From Eledone cirrhosa (taxonomy: Eukaryota), in contig OZ024755.1 of the NCBI GenBank assembly GCA_964016885.1, forward strand, positions 18,848,001 through 18,912,000: 64,000 nucleotides of DNA. The letters run 5' to 3'. The notes beneath the pieces are model-generated. The model did not search any database. It saw only the letters and a program-made list of their open reading frames with translations, and was not told the origin of the DNA. Each line of letters opens with the position of its first letter. Position 1 is the stretch's first letter. This document shows, piece by piece, positions 39,863 through 53,050 of this stretch. Position numbers and translations under genes: made by a program.

Positions 39863-41050
39863 GATCACAAGTCACCATCATAAATCACCTTGATCACAAG
39901 TCTTCTTGATCACAAGTCTTCTTGATCACAAGTCTTCTTGATAACAAGTCTTCTTGATCACAAGTCATCTTGATCATAAGTCTTCATGATCACAAGTCTT
40001 CTTGATCACAAGTCTTCTTGATCACAAGTCTTCTTGATAACAAGTCTTCTTGATAACAAGTCTTCTTGATAACAAGTCTTCTTGATAACAAGTCTTCTTG
40101 ATCACAAGTCTTCTTGATCACAAGTCTTCTTGATCACAAGTCTTCTTGATCACAAGTCTTCTTGATCACAAGTCTTCTTGATCACAAGTCTTCTTGATAA
40201 CAAGTCTTCTTGATAACAAGTCTTCTTGATAACAAGTCTTCTTGATCACAAGTCTTCTTGATCACAAGTCTTCTTGATAACAAGTCTTCTTGATCACAAG
40301 TCATCTTGATCATAAGTCTTCATGATCACAAGTCTTCTTGATCACAAGTCTTCTTGATCACAAGTCTTCTTGATAACAAGTCTTCTTGATAACAAGTCTT
40401 CTTGATAACAAGTCTTCTTGATAACAAGTCTTCTTGATCACAAGTCTTCTTGATCACAAGTCTTCTTGATCACAAGTCTTCTTGATCACAAGTCTTCTTG
40501 ATCACAAGTCTTCTTGATCACAAGTCTTCTTGATCACAAGTCTTCTTGATCACAAGTCTTCTTGATAACAAGTCTTCTTGATAACAAGTCTTCTTGATCA
40601 CAAGTCTTCTTGATCACAAGTCTTCTTGATAACAAGTCTTCTTGATCACAAGTCATCTTGATCATAAGTCTTCATGATCACAAGTCTTCTTGATCACAAG
40701 TCTTCTTGATCACAAGTCTTCTTGATAACAAGTCTTCTTGATAACAAGTCTTCTTGATAACAAGTCTTCTTGATAACAAGTCTTCTTGATCACAAGTCTT
40801 CTTGATCACAAGTCTTCTTGATCACAAGTCTTCTTGATCACAAGTCTTCTTGATCACAAGTCTTCTTGATCACAAGTCTTCTTGATCACAAGTCTTCTTG
40901 ATCACAAGTCTTCTTGATCACAAGTCTTCTTGATCACAAGTCTTCTTGATCACAAGTCTTCTTGATCACAAGTCTTCTTGATCACAAGTCTTCATGATCA
41001 CATATCTTCTTGATCTTAAGTCTTCTTAATTACAAATCTTATTGATCAAA
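39862..41050. repeat. 16-bp minisatellite (tcttcttgat(c/a)acaag), ~72 copies, with higher-order structure
   Basis: 16-bp period; variant block caagtcatcttgatcataagtcttcatg at 39961, 40297 and 40649. Confidence 0.95.
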
Positions 41051-41857
41051 ATTGATCTAGGATTAAACAACACCAAAAACAACTATATATAAAGAACAGC
41101 TTCTTACATAACTTTCACCTACTTTATACCCTGGCCATTCTGCTCTTAGTTCCTCCACCTACCACCCAATTACAAATCAAAGTATGGTGGTAACACTGTT
41201 AACCTTCTACATCCTGTGATCCACCCTGGGTAGCAGTAAATGATATTTCAGCCCTTGCATAGTGACACACTATTAGTTGGAACTGGTGCATGTAGTAAAC
41301 TTCAAGAGATGATTTCCTGTTTCCGTTAGTTTCTATGAGAAACTACCAGACTTCTTGTCCATCTTTTGATGCCAGTGAATACATGTTACCATATTGATAA
41401 GACACACAAACAGATACATAGTGTGTGTGTGTGTGTGTTAGAGTATGTGTGTGTGTGCATGTGTGTGATTTGGGCCTCCGTTGGTTCTGAATGGCTTGAG
41501 GTGGGTGTGGGGAAATGGTAGTGAAGTGTACATATAACATCATAGTGTGTATGTGTGTGTGTGTGTGTGTGTGTGCGTATGTGTGTGTGGATGTGTGTGT
41601 GTGTGTGGATGTGTGTGTGTGTGTGTTGTGTGTGTGTGTGTGTGTGCGGCCTCCATTCGTTCTGAGTGGCATGGCATTGCATGAGATGGGGGCAAGTGAA
41701 ATGGTAACCAAGTGTACATATATAACTTCATCATTTAATGTTTTTCTCTCTGCCAGAAGGGCTGGATATATATTATTATCCTCATTGTCTTCATAAAGAA
41801 TGGTTAAATTCTAGTGAAATAACAATATGATGAAAAATAAATTAAGACAAAAAAATA

Positions 41858-42073
41858 ATGGTTTCTTATTTAGGCACAAGGCCAGCAATTTTTGGGGGGG
41901 GGGTCGATGAAATTGACCCCAGTGCGTGACTGGTACTTTATTTTATCAACCCCGTAAGGATGAAAGGCAAAGTTAACCTCGGCGGGATTTGAACTGAGAT
42001 CATAAAGGGCCGTAACTCTATGTGTCAAAGCATGGCGTCCGACCCTCTACCGATACTGCCAATCCACCGCCCT
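41858..42073 (-). mobile_element. Family A SINE (long variant) with TSD
   Basis: Flanks agacaaaaaaataat on both sides. Confidence 0.9.
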
Positions 42074-42544
42074 TAGACAAAAAAATAATAAGAATAATTA
42101 GGAATCAGTTAATAAAATTGTCAACTGTTGAATAAGTTACTAAATGCTTCCTCCTCTCTTACAAATAACTAAATAGACTATATACCCAACAAGGAATAGC
42201 TAAACTGAACATTTTTTTAATTGCAGCTAAAACATCACCCCAATTAATTAATTAATTAATTATGGTTAAGTGGCTTAAAACAAAAACTGGCCAGCTTTAC
42301 ATTGGATGTTCAAGAGTAGGAAGTTAGAAAAATCTTTACACCTATCCACCAGATGGAAAAACAACAAACAATGTTAATACAAACATTATAAATTGACCCA
42401 ATTAATAAAGAAATGTGTTCTTCTGGGGAAGACATGATCTGACATAGAATAAAACAAAAAATTGAAATAAAGGCATACTATTGTGATTAATGCCCAGCAA
42501 TGACACCTAGTGTATAATAAATGGCAAACACATACAAAAACAAG

Positions 42545-42608
42545 TTGCGTTATTCGGTTCACACATATATATATATATATATATGTGTGTGTGAACCGAA
42601 TAACGCAA
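42545..42608. repeat. Inverted repeat centred on (TA)n
   Basis: ttgcgttattcggttcacaca-(ta)n-tgtgtgaaccgaataacgcaa. Confidence 0.85.
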
Positions 42609-43752
42609 ACACACAAAGCATTATAATAAATGTTCGGTGAATCCATACGTACATATATATATGTGTGCATGTATGTATATATATATACTACTGTACATCT
42701 ATATACATATATGTATGTACGTGTACATACTTATATTTAAGTAACAGCCGTACTAAGAGTGGGAAATGAAATTTCGTTTCATTTTTTCCGTTTATATATA
42801 TATATATTATTTGTTTATTAATGTACAGTAGCCAGTCTAAATGACTCTATTTACACTGTACATTATTATTTTTTATTAAGACAATATAATTTATATCGTT
42901 TACATCATAGAAAATGTTTTGCAGTAAATGTTTACCAAACAAAAAGGGACTACATAAACACAAACACAAAAACATGATATTAAAAATTAAATCTTTTTAT
43001 TTGATTCTACATCTTGTAGAATATAATAACATCTCTAGAAATTAATAAAATATTCTTATTTGTTTTATTTCATTTTTTTTTTTTTTTTGGTTCCTTATGT
43101 TTTTTCCTGCTTGTACATATTTAAGTACAAATTTCTAATGACATTCCCAAGACAAAGGATTTTTGAAACAAAAGAAAAACCTGCTGACTCATTCATGGCA
43201 AACTAAGATTTAGATGTCACCTTAGACACAAAATAACAAGCAACAGAAAGAATAATGATTGAAAGAGTGTGAAAAAAAAGATGGAAAAGAGAAGGAAAAA
43301 ATGTGAGAAAAATAAGCAGCAAAACAGTGTGTTTGAGGAGATATACATTCCATTCCATCTATGCAGGGTGCCAACAGACAACAAACAGTAAGAATAGAAT
43401 ATGATGACAACTATCACCAACAAGACCATAATGGTGTCATTAAACCATTGTCTCGGAAGAAATCAATAGAATAAAAAACAGAATATTAACTAAAGAAACA
43501 GGTCCATTAGGTGGAGATTTGTGTGTTTTCTGAGAAGAAATGAAGGAGACAGATGGCTATAGAATCAATCACATATTTATGTTAATTCTATAAAAGACAT
43601 TATATGAAGATGTGGAATTGGGAAGCAAATGAACACTCCCCCAAAAATGACATATTTCAATTAGAAAGATATTTTGAAAAGAGGTAAAAAAATAAAATAA
43701 AATATAAAGCACAGCCTTCGAAACAATATTTCAATTAGAAACACTACAGATA

Positions 43753-43954
43753 TACGAGGGTCAGTGGAAAAATTCATAGACTGACCAAGATACTCTCATG
43801 GAATGACCAAATGAGGTATATTTTTCAATATAGCTCCTGGAAAGAAACAATGCAGTTATTAATAAGAAGAGTTGAAATTAATGCATGCAAGATTTCACAG
43901 CACTAACAACACTCTTTTATAATTAGCCTATGAATATTTCAGCTGATCTCCATA
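43753..43954. mobile_element. Mariner-like MITE
   Basis: ta|cgagggtcagtggaaaaattcatagactga ... tagcctatgaatattttcagctgatctc; reverse complement of 7705-7905. Confidence 0.78.
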
Positions 43955-44536
43955 TGTATCTACCATACTATTTGGGGTCAATTCTTCTTCTCCTATATCT
44001 CTTCTTCACTTCTACTTCATCTCTCTCTTTCTCTCTCTCTCTATATATATATCTCTCTCTCTCTCTTTCACACACTTTCTTTGGAAGAAATCAGTCATAT
44101 TCTGCTAGGTTTAAAATGCCCCTAGGACTCCACCAAGAGTTATAAGACCATACCTTTGTAATCATTATCATCATCATCATCAATAACACAGACATAATTC
44201 TCAAAGTCCTAATACTAATCAACTAAAAGATATACTGCTTAGTTTTTTTTTAATCTCCTGATATCTTAATCTTTGATGCTCACACATGATTTTCTATCAA
44301 ACAGAAATCAATAAATCAAACTAAACATGTGCTAACATCATTCAGTTAGCCTGTCATTTAGTGAAGGGATTACCAAACAGAAATATAGGCATGGTGGGGA
44401 CAGAAGTATGGGGGGTTGGAAGTATGATCTTTAATGCTATTAAATCTTTTCATAACTTTCTCTTTATATTTTCTGAACAGACCAAATATGACGTAGACCA
44501 GTGAACCAGTGCTGGCTGTCAATAACGACAGTTAAG

Positions 44537-44697
44537 AATTGTTTCTGCTTTTGGCACAAGGCCAGCAATTACCCCCAGTGTATTACTGGTGCTTTATTTT
44601 ATTGATGATGAAAGGCAAAGTTAACTTTGGCAGGATTTGAACTCAGAACGTAAAGCATGGTGTCTGACGCTCTACTGATACTGCCAATCCACCACCC
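44537..44697 (-). mobile_element. Family A SINE, internally deleted
   Basis: Consensus match with gaps. Confidence 0.8.
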
Positions 44698-44734
44698 GAC
44701 GATAGAAATAATGGTGAACGTATTTCATTTTTAC

Positions 44735-45325
44735 AGGCCCGGACTGGTATTTCATATATTCTAGGGTAACTGGAATTCAAGATTGGTATGTCCTATATAC
44801 CACGATTACTGGATTCCAGGACTGGCATGTATGATATACGAGGATTACTGCAGTCTTGAATTGGTATTTCATATATACCAGGGTTACTGGAGTCCAAGAT
44901 TGATATGTCATATATATGTATATATACCAGGGTTACTGGGGTCCAGGATTGATATGTCATATATATGTATACCAGGGTTACTGGGGTCCATGATTGATAT
45001 GTCATATATATATACCAGGGTTACTGGAGTCCAGGATTGATATGTCATATATATGTATACCAGGGTTACTGGAGTCCAGGATTGATATGTCATATATATA
45101 TACCAGGGTTACTGGAGTCCATGATTGATATGTCATATATATACCAGGGTTACTGGGGTCCATGATTGATATGTCATATATATGTATACCAGGGTTACTG
45201 GAGTCCATGATTGATATGTCATATATATACCAGGGTTACTGGAGTCCATGATTGATATGTCATATATATACCAGGGTTACTGGGGTCCAAGATTGATATG
45301 TCATATATATACCAGGGTTACTAGT
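44735..45325. repeat. ~41-49-bp minisatellite (ataccagggttactggagtcca.gattgatatgtc + variable (ta)n)
   Basis: Homogeneous distal units, diverged proximal units. Confidence 0.9.
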
Positions 45326-45329
45326 ACCC

Positions 45330-45455
45330 ACACTCAGCTGAGTGTACTGTAGCAATGTGAAATAAAGTGTTTTGTTCAAGAACACAATACAGCAGCTTGG
45401 AATCAAACTAATGACATTATGGTCCTACATCCAACATCTTAACCATTAGACCTTC
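45330..45455 (-). mobile_element. Old CORE-like SINE fragment
   Basis: cagctgagtgtactgtagcaatgtgaaataaagtgttttgttcaag...ttaaccattag. Confidence 0.6.
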
Positions 45456-46047
45456 ACACAATCTAACTAAATACTATCATTAAGCTAAAATCACAAATTG
45501 ATTCTGTTACAACCCCAAATTAAGGTATTTAATAGTGTACTATTATTAACACTTTACACCTATGTCAGTGTTATCAACCAAATATTTTATTACAGTTCTG
45601 AGATTTTGTGCCAAAACAATAATCTCTCTCTGTAGAATTTAGAATTTCATTATGTCTGCTGTTTATTGCTATTTCTAATTCTGTTAACATCTATCCCTAT
45701 CCACAGAGTTTAATCAACTACATACTTGGTAAATTGTCTCATTGAAGGAAGAAAAATATGAAGTCAAGAGGAAACAGCACTAATATAGAAGAAAGTTATC
45801 ATTTTCACTCAAGTATTTCAAAAGTGGATCTAAATTCTACTGTTTTCCCTTCTATTTTCTTTTCTTTGTTTTAGGAGAATATCTAATTTCTGTTTCACAG
45901 CTAATATAATTCCAACCATTATGGTAATTTAAAATTATTGTATTGTCAAAATGGACTTGTGATGTAAAAGTACACTGACCATATAGTTAGTTATTCATAT
46001 AAGATATTCTCTACTTGAGAATAGCTGCTAGGGGAATCACCAAATAA

Positions 46048-46175
46048 TAATTGTTTCTACTTTTGGCACAAGGCCAGCAATTACCCAGTGCATTACTGGA
46101 ACTTTATTTTATCGACCCCGCAAGGATGAAAGACAAAGTTAACCTTGGAGGGATTTGAATTCAGACCATAAAAGG
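46048..46175 (-). mobile_element. Family A SINE, 5'-truncated
   Basis: Consensus match. Confidence 0.8.
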
Positions 46176-46333
46176 CTTTTTCATTTTAAATGGCAGTAAT
46201 ACAGAAATAGAAATAGAAATTTTGGCAAACCAAAGAATCAGAATCCTTAATTATAATGAACATCATTATATGGAAAGTAAAATGGCATAAGTTCAATACT
46301 TTTATCTTAATATTACAAAGATAAGGACATTAA

Positions 46334-46538
46334 CCCTTCAGCATTTAAACCGGCCATATTTGGCCAGAATTCTCTCACCTCTTTCTATTAAAATCGGCCA
46401 TAAGTGGCCGCTCACATGGATGTTAAGGTTTAGTTCTCAAAATAAATATCATGAAGATCTTGTAGATTCGATATTATGTGAGAAAATACGATAGTATATA
46501 TATATATATAGAGAGAGAGTGATGTAAATGCTAAAGAG
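46334..46538 (-). mobile_element. piggyBac-like MITE (opposite orientation)
   Basis: ttaa|cccttcagcattta...taaatgctaaagag|ttaa; reverse complement of 48189-48396. Confidence 0.78.
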
Positions 46539-47187
46539 TTAAACTAATAAAACCTCCCATTATCTTATCTTTCCCTGCAGAAGTAGTGGTGAATCTCGAT
46601 AGGTATAGATATAATCAAGAAAGTATACTGTATTTAAAAAAAAAGAATTACTTTCATTTCAATATCTCTCTAGTTGATAATTTAGTATTAATTGATGATG
46701 ATGATGGTGATGATATTTCATCATATTGATTTCTAACAAGGGTACACATTTAGAGCAGGAACAGTTGATTATATCAACCCTCAGTAATTAGATTCCTTAT
46801 CTTGGATTGCCCTCAATGCTTAATGGAGTTTTAAGAGCCCCAACATAATATACTACCTGGTTTGAACATTCTAAACCCTGACAGAGCCCATTCTTTTCAA
46901 GGTTTGATTATAACCAATTTCTTCCAGAGAGAAAGAGAGAGTCACAGTAATGTATTAGTGTTTTGTCAACTCTGGAAAGATGGAAGACAAATTTGAACTT
47001 AGAAGGCAGAGAGCCCCAATGAATACTGCAAGGTGTTCTACTCCAAGCTCTAACAACTCTGCTAATCTATTACCTGAAGGAGAACTATTACCTGAAGGAG
47101 AAAGCTTAAGTCAACTATTATATTACAAGGGTGAAGAAAGGAATAATAAAAGTGGGATATTGCAGTTGGTGAATTTTCTTAGTCATA

Positions 47188-47377
47188 TAATTGTTTCTAC
47201 TTTAGGCACAAGGCCAGCAATTACCCAGTGCATTACTGGTACTTTATTTTATCGACCCCGTAAGGATGAAAGGCAAAGTCAACCTCGGCGGGATTTGAAC
47301 TCAGATTGTAAAGGGACGTAACTATGCTGGAAAGCATGGCGTCCGACCCTTTACCGATACTGCCAATTCACCGCCCT
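47188..47377 (-). mobile_element. Family A SINE, full length with TSD
   Basis: ttagtcatataat flanks both ends. Confidence 0.93.
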
Positions 47378-48188
47378 TAGTCATATAATGACAGTGATTT
47401 TACTTGTTAGGTTTATCTAGTAGGATGAATAAAAGTTTCAGATTTCGAAGCGTGTTGTTAAAGAGCCCAGGTGTGTTCAAATGCAAAATGTTGTAGGTAT
47501 CTTAGTTCAGTGAACTACTAACCCTGATAAGTGAGAACGAAAATATATCAGAAGAGCAACAAGAAATTACATATCATGTGGTTTATTTGAGCTTAACAGG
47601 AACCAGATAAGAAAAGAAACAAATACTTCAGCAGTAAAAATATACAAAAAATAATATTATCATTATTATTTTTATTGATTTTGACAGGATTAGATCAGTT
47701 GGCAAATTGAGGAAAAGCAAGCTTCCTGCTTTCAAAAGCCGGTGTCATTTCTAACAGATGAAACTATCAGTTCTTTGCAGGATCTATTAAATGAATGTAG
47801 AGAGAAACTATAGCAAACCACTTCAAAACTTTTCTCTGGTCTTTTGCCATATACAAAAGGAGATGGAGTTTGTTACGTCCCTGTTACTTCCCTGCTACTT
47901 ACTTACAGGTACCAATGGCTTTACTAACCATTAATTATGCAGTTGTTATTCTATAGAAGTGCCTTGGCTCCTTTACAATTTACAAAATTACTATTTATAT
48001 TATTTGCCCCTACTGCCACCCCCTATTTAGCAAAAATGGTTTATTCCTCTGACTTTATAGATTGGAGGTTGTCCAGAAAGAGTTATAGGTCTGATTAGAA
48101 ACCCTCAATTGGATTCTCTTAAAACTAAAATGTGGAGAAAGGAAAGATTTTTTCTCATTCATTAATGCACATGGTTTCAGGTATTTAA

Positions 48189-48396
48189 CCCTTTAGCATT
48201 TACATTACTCTATATTTACTATTGTATTTTTGTGGTAAAGGCTTTATCTCACATAATATTGAATCTACGATATTTTTATATTATTTATTTTGAGAACAAT
48301 ACCTTAATATAAGTATGAGCAGCCAGTTATGGCCGGTTTTAACAGAAAGAGTTGAGAAAATTCTGGTCGGATATGGCCAGTTTAAATGCTAAAGGG
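48189..48396 (+). mobile_element. piggyBac-like MITE
   Basis: TTAA|ccctttagcattta ... taaatgctaaaggg|TTAA: perfect 14-bp TIR and TTAA TSD. Confidence 0.88.
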
Positions 48397-48797
48397 TTAA
48401 TTAAAGTAATAAATATGATGTGTCTGTAGTGTTAACGCATGTAAGCATGGACAAATTTATGAAAAAATTATAATGAAGACAATGGTGATGATGAAGATGA
48501 TGATGATGTCGATGAAATATTAACTTATTAGAGCATATAATAAGATTTTAATAACAACATAGAGTATTTCCCCAACCACTTCTTTAAGTAATCAGATGTT
48601 TTATTAATTCTTCAGCTATTTCCAATATAAGAAAAATAATTTCCCTCCTAATCAGCTTGTAACATGTCAACTGTCACAAGAGACAAGTTGAGCAATATTG
48701 AATCAATAAAATTATTGATATTTCATCTTAATTGACATTATTAATTTCATAACAAGATTCTTTCTTTCATTATATATATATATAGTATATATATATA

Positions 48798-48910
48798 TGT
48801 GTCTAAAGTAGAAACAATTATTTCCTTTCATCCTTACGGGGTCGATAAAATAAAGTACCAGTAATACACTGGGATAATTGCTGGCCTTGTGCCAAAAGTA
48901 GAAACAATTA
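48798..48910 (+). mobile_element. Family A SINE 3' fragments
   Basis: cctttcatccttacggggtcgataaaataaagtacc...agaaacaatta. Confidence 0.8.
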
Positions 48911-48930
48911 TATATATATATATATATATA

Positions 48931-49212
48931 TATATTAATAAGAGGAATTCCAACTTTGTCTGATTTACTCGTTTTATTTACAATCCTTTAAAATATATAT
49001 AATGGTATTATAATGAAATAGTATGATAGAATATTAAATTCTAAGTGTTAATTGAATTTAATATTCTATCATACTATTTCATTATAATACCATTATATAT
49101 ATTTTAAAGGATTGTAAATAAAACGAGTAAATCAGACAAAGTTGGAATTCCTCTTATTAATATAATCTTCTATACACAATCATACACACCCGTGTATATT
49201 TACCTATCTATA

Positions 49213-49215
<3 letters not shown>
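48931..49215 (+). repeat. Perfect palindrome (111-bp arms, 12-nt loop) plus short tail, (TA)n-flanked
   Basis: 48931-49041 is the exact reverse complement of 49054-49164. Confidence 0.92.
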
Positions 49216-49249
<34 letters not shown>

Positions 49250-49294
49250 AAATGATGATGATTAGTATTGGTGCTCTGAAATAGTGATGTATAC

Positions 49295-49536
49295 ATGAAT
49301 GTATGTATAGTTTATTTGGCAATATACTGTATGTTTAATTAAAAACATTTTGAAGACTATTCGCTAAGAGTTTTAAATTAGTGACTATGTATGTCACTTA
49401 CTTCTTTTCGGCAAAAAACAACATCCAAGAATAAGTAAGTGACATAGTCACTACTTTAAAACTCATAGCGAATGGTCTTCTAAATGTTTTTACTCAAACA
49501 TACAGTATATTGCCAATGTACTATACATACATTCAT
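49295..49536. repeat. Imperfect palindrome (~110-bp arms) next to (TA)n
   Basis: atgaatgtatgtatag..ttggcaatatactgtatgttt...gtcacttac / gtaagtgac...aaacatacagtatattgccaa..ctatacatacattcat. Confidence 0.85.
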
Positions 49537-49557
49537 ATATATATATACACACATACA

Positions 49558-49604
<47 letters not shown>

Positions 49605-49714
49605 GTATACATATATACACACACATATATATACATATATACACACACGAGCAAGACATGGTCACCTGACCTGGCATTGCCTCCAGTTATTTTATTATAA
49701 TATATACATATATA

Positions 49715-50352
49715 TCATCATCATCATCATCGTTTAACGTCCATGTTCCACGCTTGCATGGGTTTGGACGGGAGTTTTACCACTTCAGGCAAGAGTGGTT
49801 GTCTTGCTCGCATAGGACTGTCTGGCGGGTTTTCTACAGTTGGATGCCCTTCCTAACACCAACCACATTTACAGTGTGGGGCTGGGAGGTTTTTACCGTG
49901 TTGCCTACACGGCCACATTACAGCGTGGACTGTTTGGCGGGTTTTCTACAGCTGGATGCCCTTCCTAACACCAACCACATTTACAGTGTGGGGCTGGGAG
50001 GTTTTTACCGTGTTGCCTACACGGCCACATTACAGCGTGGACTGTTTGGCGGGTTTTCTACAGCTGGATGCCCTTCCTAACATCAACCACATTTACAGTG
50101 TGGGGCTGGGAGGTTTTTACCGTGTTGCCTACACAGCCACATTTACAGCGTGGACTGTGTGTTTTTTTTTTGTCGTGACACCTACACGATCTCATTTGTT
50201 TCGGCCTGGATTTTGTGGCATCAACATAACTTTACATTGAAAGGGGCGGTCTGGATGGGGTGGGGGTGGTGGGACGGGGGTGTATTTTGTTAGAGATGCC
50301 TACTGACTGTAGTAGGTTTTACTCTGTATTTAGGTAAGGCGGGTCTTCTCTG
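49715..50352 (-). mobile_element. RTE LINE (family C) 3' UTR with three 112-bp tandem units
   Basis: Matches 56650-57035 with internal triplication. Confidence 0.9.
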
Positions 50353-50907
50353 TGTGTGTATATATATATATATATACACACACACAAACATATACATGTA
50401 TAGACATGCTATTCAATGAAAATATACACCTAAATGCCTGTAAATAAAGAAACTAAATTTGGTACCATATAAAAAATATTAAAAAAATATCCCAATAACA
50501 GGCAACTGGAAGAAATAAAGGAGAATAGAAATGAATATATTACAAAGATTATTGAGTGGGGTGGGGGAGATGACATTGAGTGGTGTTGTTCCTTGTGATT
50601 TTGGTGGTGGTTGTGGTGGTGGCTGAAGTGTGAAGAAATGATTGGGGGTGAAGGAGTTGGTGGTGTAGTGGGTGGAATGTGTAGTAGTGGTAATGGTTGT
50701 GGTGATAGTAGAATAGGAAAACCCACAGGTTAAACTTTAATTTACCCAACAATATTCTCAAAAGAATGGATATGATTGCATTTAGAAAGAAAAAGAGGAA
50801 GAAAGACAGAAGGAATGAATAAAAGGAAAGGAAAAAGCAAAAGAGAAAAAAAGAGATAGAGAGAAAGAAGTAAGAAAGAAACTAATGAAAAATAGATAAA
50901 TAGATAA

Positions 50908-51186
50908 TCAGACCGGGTGATGTGTCAGACCGGGTGATGTGTTGTTTCCTTGAGCAAGACACTTTATTTCACATTGCTCCAGTTTACTCAGCTGTAGAAA
51001 TGAGATGATAGGGGCTGGGGTCCATATCATTCCACTGCAAAGTGGTCGTGGAGGTGCCACGGCAAAAAAGCACCCAGCACTCACTGTAAATGAGGTTGGT
51101 GTTAGGAAGGGCATCCAGCTGTAGAAATCAAGCCAGAATCAGTTCCCGTCCCACCCTTGCAAGCAGGGAAAAGCGGACGTAAAATG
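50908..51186 (+). mobile_element. CORE-like SINE (family B), 5'-truncated, with TSD
   Basis: Flank aatgaaaaatagataaatagata on both sides; tcagaccgggtgatgtg duplicated at the 5' junction. Confidence 0.9.
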
Positions 51187-51461
51187 AAAAATAGATAAAT
51201 AGATAGATTAGAGAGATGATAAGGATGAGGGGAGGTGCTGAGACAAAGAGACAAACAGTTGGGAGTTCTGTGTGTGAAAATTAAACAAAAACTTCAAATC
51301 TATCAACAGATGTGAGTGAGTCACATGAATTAAAAAAATAACAACTAAAAAACAAACAAACCATAAATAAATAAATGAAAATAAAAGTTATTTACTTTGT
51401 TTTATTAAATTTTATCAACCTTATTTTAATTCCATTTAATCTATGACACATTTCACAATAA

Positions 51462-51868
51462 TAATGGTTTCTTATTTAGGCATGAGGCCAACAATTTGGG
51501 GGAGAGGAAAGATGCTTAAATCGACACCCGTACTTTATTTCATCAACCTTGTAAGGATGAAAAGCAAAGCTAACCTCGGTGGGATTTGAACTTAGATCAT
51601 AAAGGTCCATAACTCTATGCTGCAAAGCATGTTGTCCAATATTCTACCAATAGCAATAATATTTCAGATTATTTATAATATGTAATAATTGTTTCTACAT
51701 TAAGCACAAGGCCAGCAATTTGAAATGGAAGAAAAAGTCGATTAAAACGACCCCAGTGCATTACTGGTACTTTATTTTATCAACCCCATAAGGATTTGAA
51801 CTCAGACCATAAAGGTCCGTAACTCTATGCTGCAAAGCATGTTGTCCAATGCTCTACTGATACTGCCA
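51462..51868 (-). mobile_element. Two degraded family A SINEs (long variant)
   Basis: 51462-51652 and 51685-51868. Confidence 0.75.
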
Positions 51869-52530
51869 TGGGATTTCAGGATACAGACAGACAAGAAATT
51901 AGAACACAATAGGCCTGATATGGTGGTTTTTGACAAGGAAAAAAGATTGTGCCTGATTGTAGCTGTAGCCAGCCCCTTTGACACAAGAGTGCAAGAAAAT
52001 TAACCATTACCAAGATTTAAAGTGTCATGAGATCATAGGAGCACTAGGTACTATCATCATCATCATCATTTCATTTTATGTCCGCTTTTCCCTGCTTGCA
52101 AGGGTGGGACGGGAACTGATTCTGGCTTCATTTCTACAGCTAGATGCCCTTCCTAATACCAACCTCATTTACAGTGAGTGCTGGGTGCTTTTTTGCTGTG
52201 GCACCTCCATGACCACTTTGCAGTGGAATGATAGGGACCCCAGTCCCTATCATCTCATTTCTACAGCTGAGTAAACTGGAGCAATGTGAAATAAAGTGTC
52301 TTGCTCAAGGAAACAACACATCACCCGGTCTGAGAATTGAACTCACAACCTTTCGATTGCAAGGCCAATGCTCTAACCACTAAGCCATGTGCCTCGATGA
52401 ATTTCAAGGATGGTTAAAGAATATTAGACCATCCCCCTTTTTGGGGAACACTTCAAAGGCATGTTTGCTGGGAACAGCAAAAACCCTCCAATATGTCCTA
52501 AATATCTGAGGCTGCAGGTAGCAGCTTGAA
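51869..52530 (+). mobile_element. R4/Dong-like LINE restriction-like endonuclease fragment, interrupted by a SINE
   Basis: WDFRIQTDKKLEHNRPDMVVFDKEKRLCLIV..YQDLK..IIGALGT, resuming after the SINE with LLGTAKTLQYVL. Confidence 0.75.
52053..52395 (-). mobile_element. CORE-like SINE (family B)
   Basis: Reverse complement of 61666-62011. Confidence 0.92.
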
Positions 52531-52769
52531 CAAACTTTTCAGTTAAATAACATCAATGACTGAGTCTCCAAGAAAACAATAAAGTAATTATGCAGAGTAA
52601 AAAGTATGAATGCCAGATTATCAATGTTATCATTCCAGAAGACCAAAAATTATCTAGAAATAAATTGAAATAATAAAATAAACTTATTTTAAAATTGAAA
52701 TTGTCTAACACCATCAAAGAAATTCTAGCTTTGGGATTGATATCACTAAAACTATAAGGGTACTACTAA

Positions 52770-53050
52770 TTACTACTACTGCTACTTCTTGTGGGGACAT
52801 GATAAAACCTTTCCATCTCACACGATGAAGCATTAATTGCCTCAGTTCTTCATCAGATAATTCTGTATCTTCCTCAATGATTCTCTTTAATGTTTTGAGG
52901 TGTCTTCTCTGTTTATTTTTCACATAAGTGGGCTTCCATAGTAAACTTTTTGTAGCAGGTTTTCTCTCATGACATAACCTGCAAGTTGGTGACAACTGAT
53001 AGAGATGGTGTCTTGAGCAAATAGATTTCAAAATACAAATTGTTCTCTTA
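52770..53050 (-). mobile_element. Degenerate RTE LINE 3' fragment
   Basis: LLWKPT...TLKRIIEEDTEL..EELRQLMLHRVRWK. Confidence 0.6.

Noticed and set aside
44460-44535. Polypyrimidine tract + AG followed by a candidate exon
   Set aside because: Stop codons in all three frames and only a weak donor.
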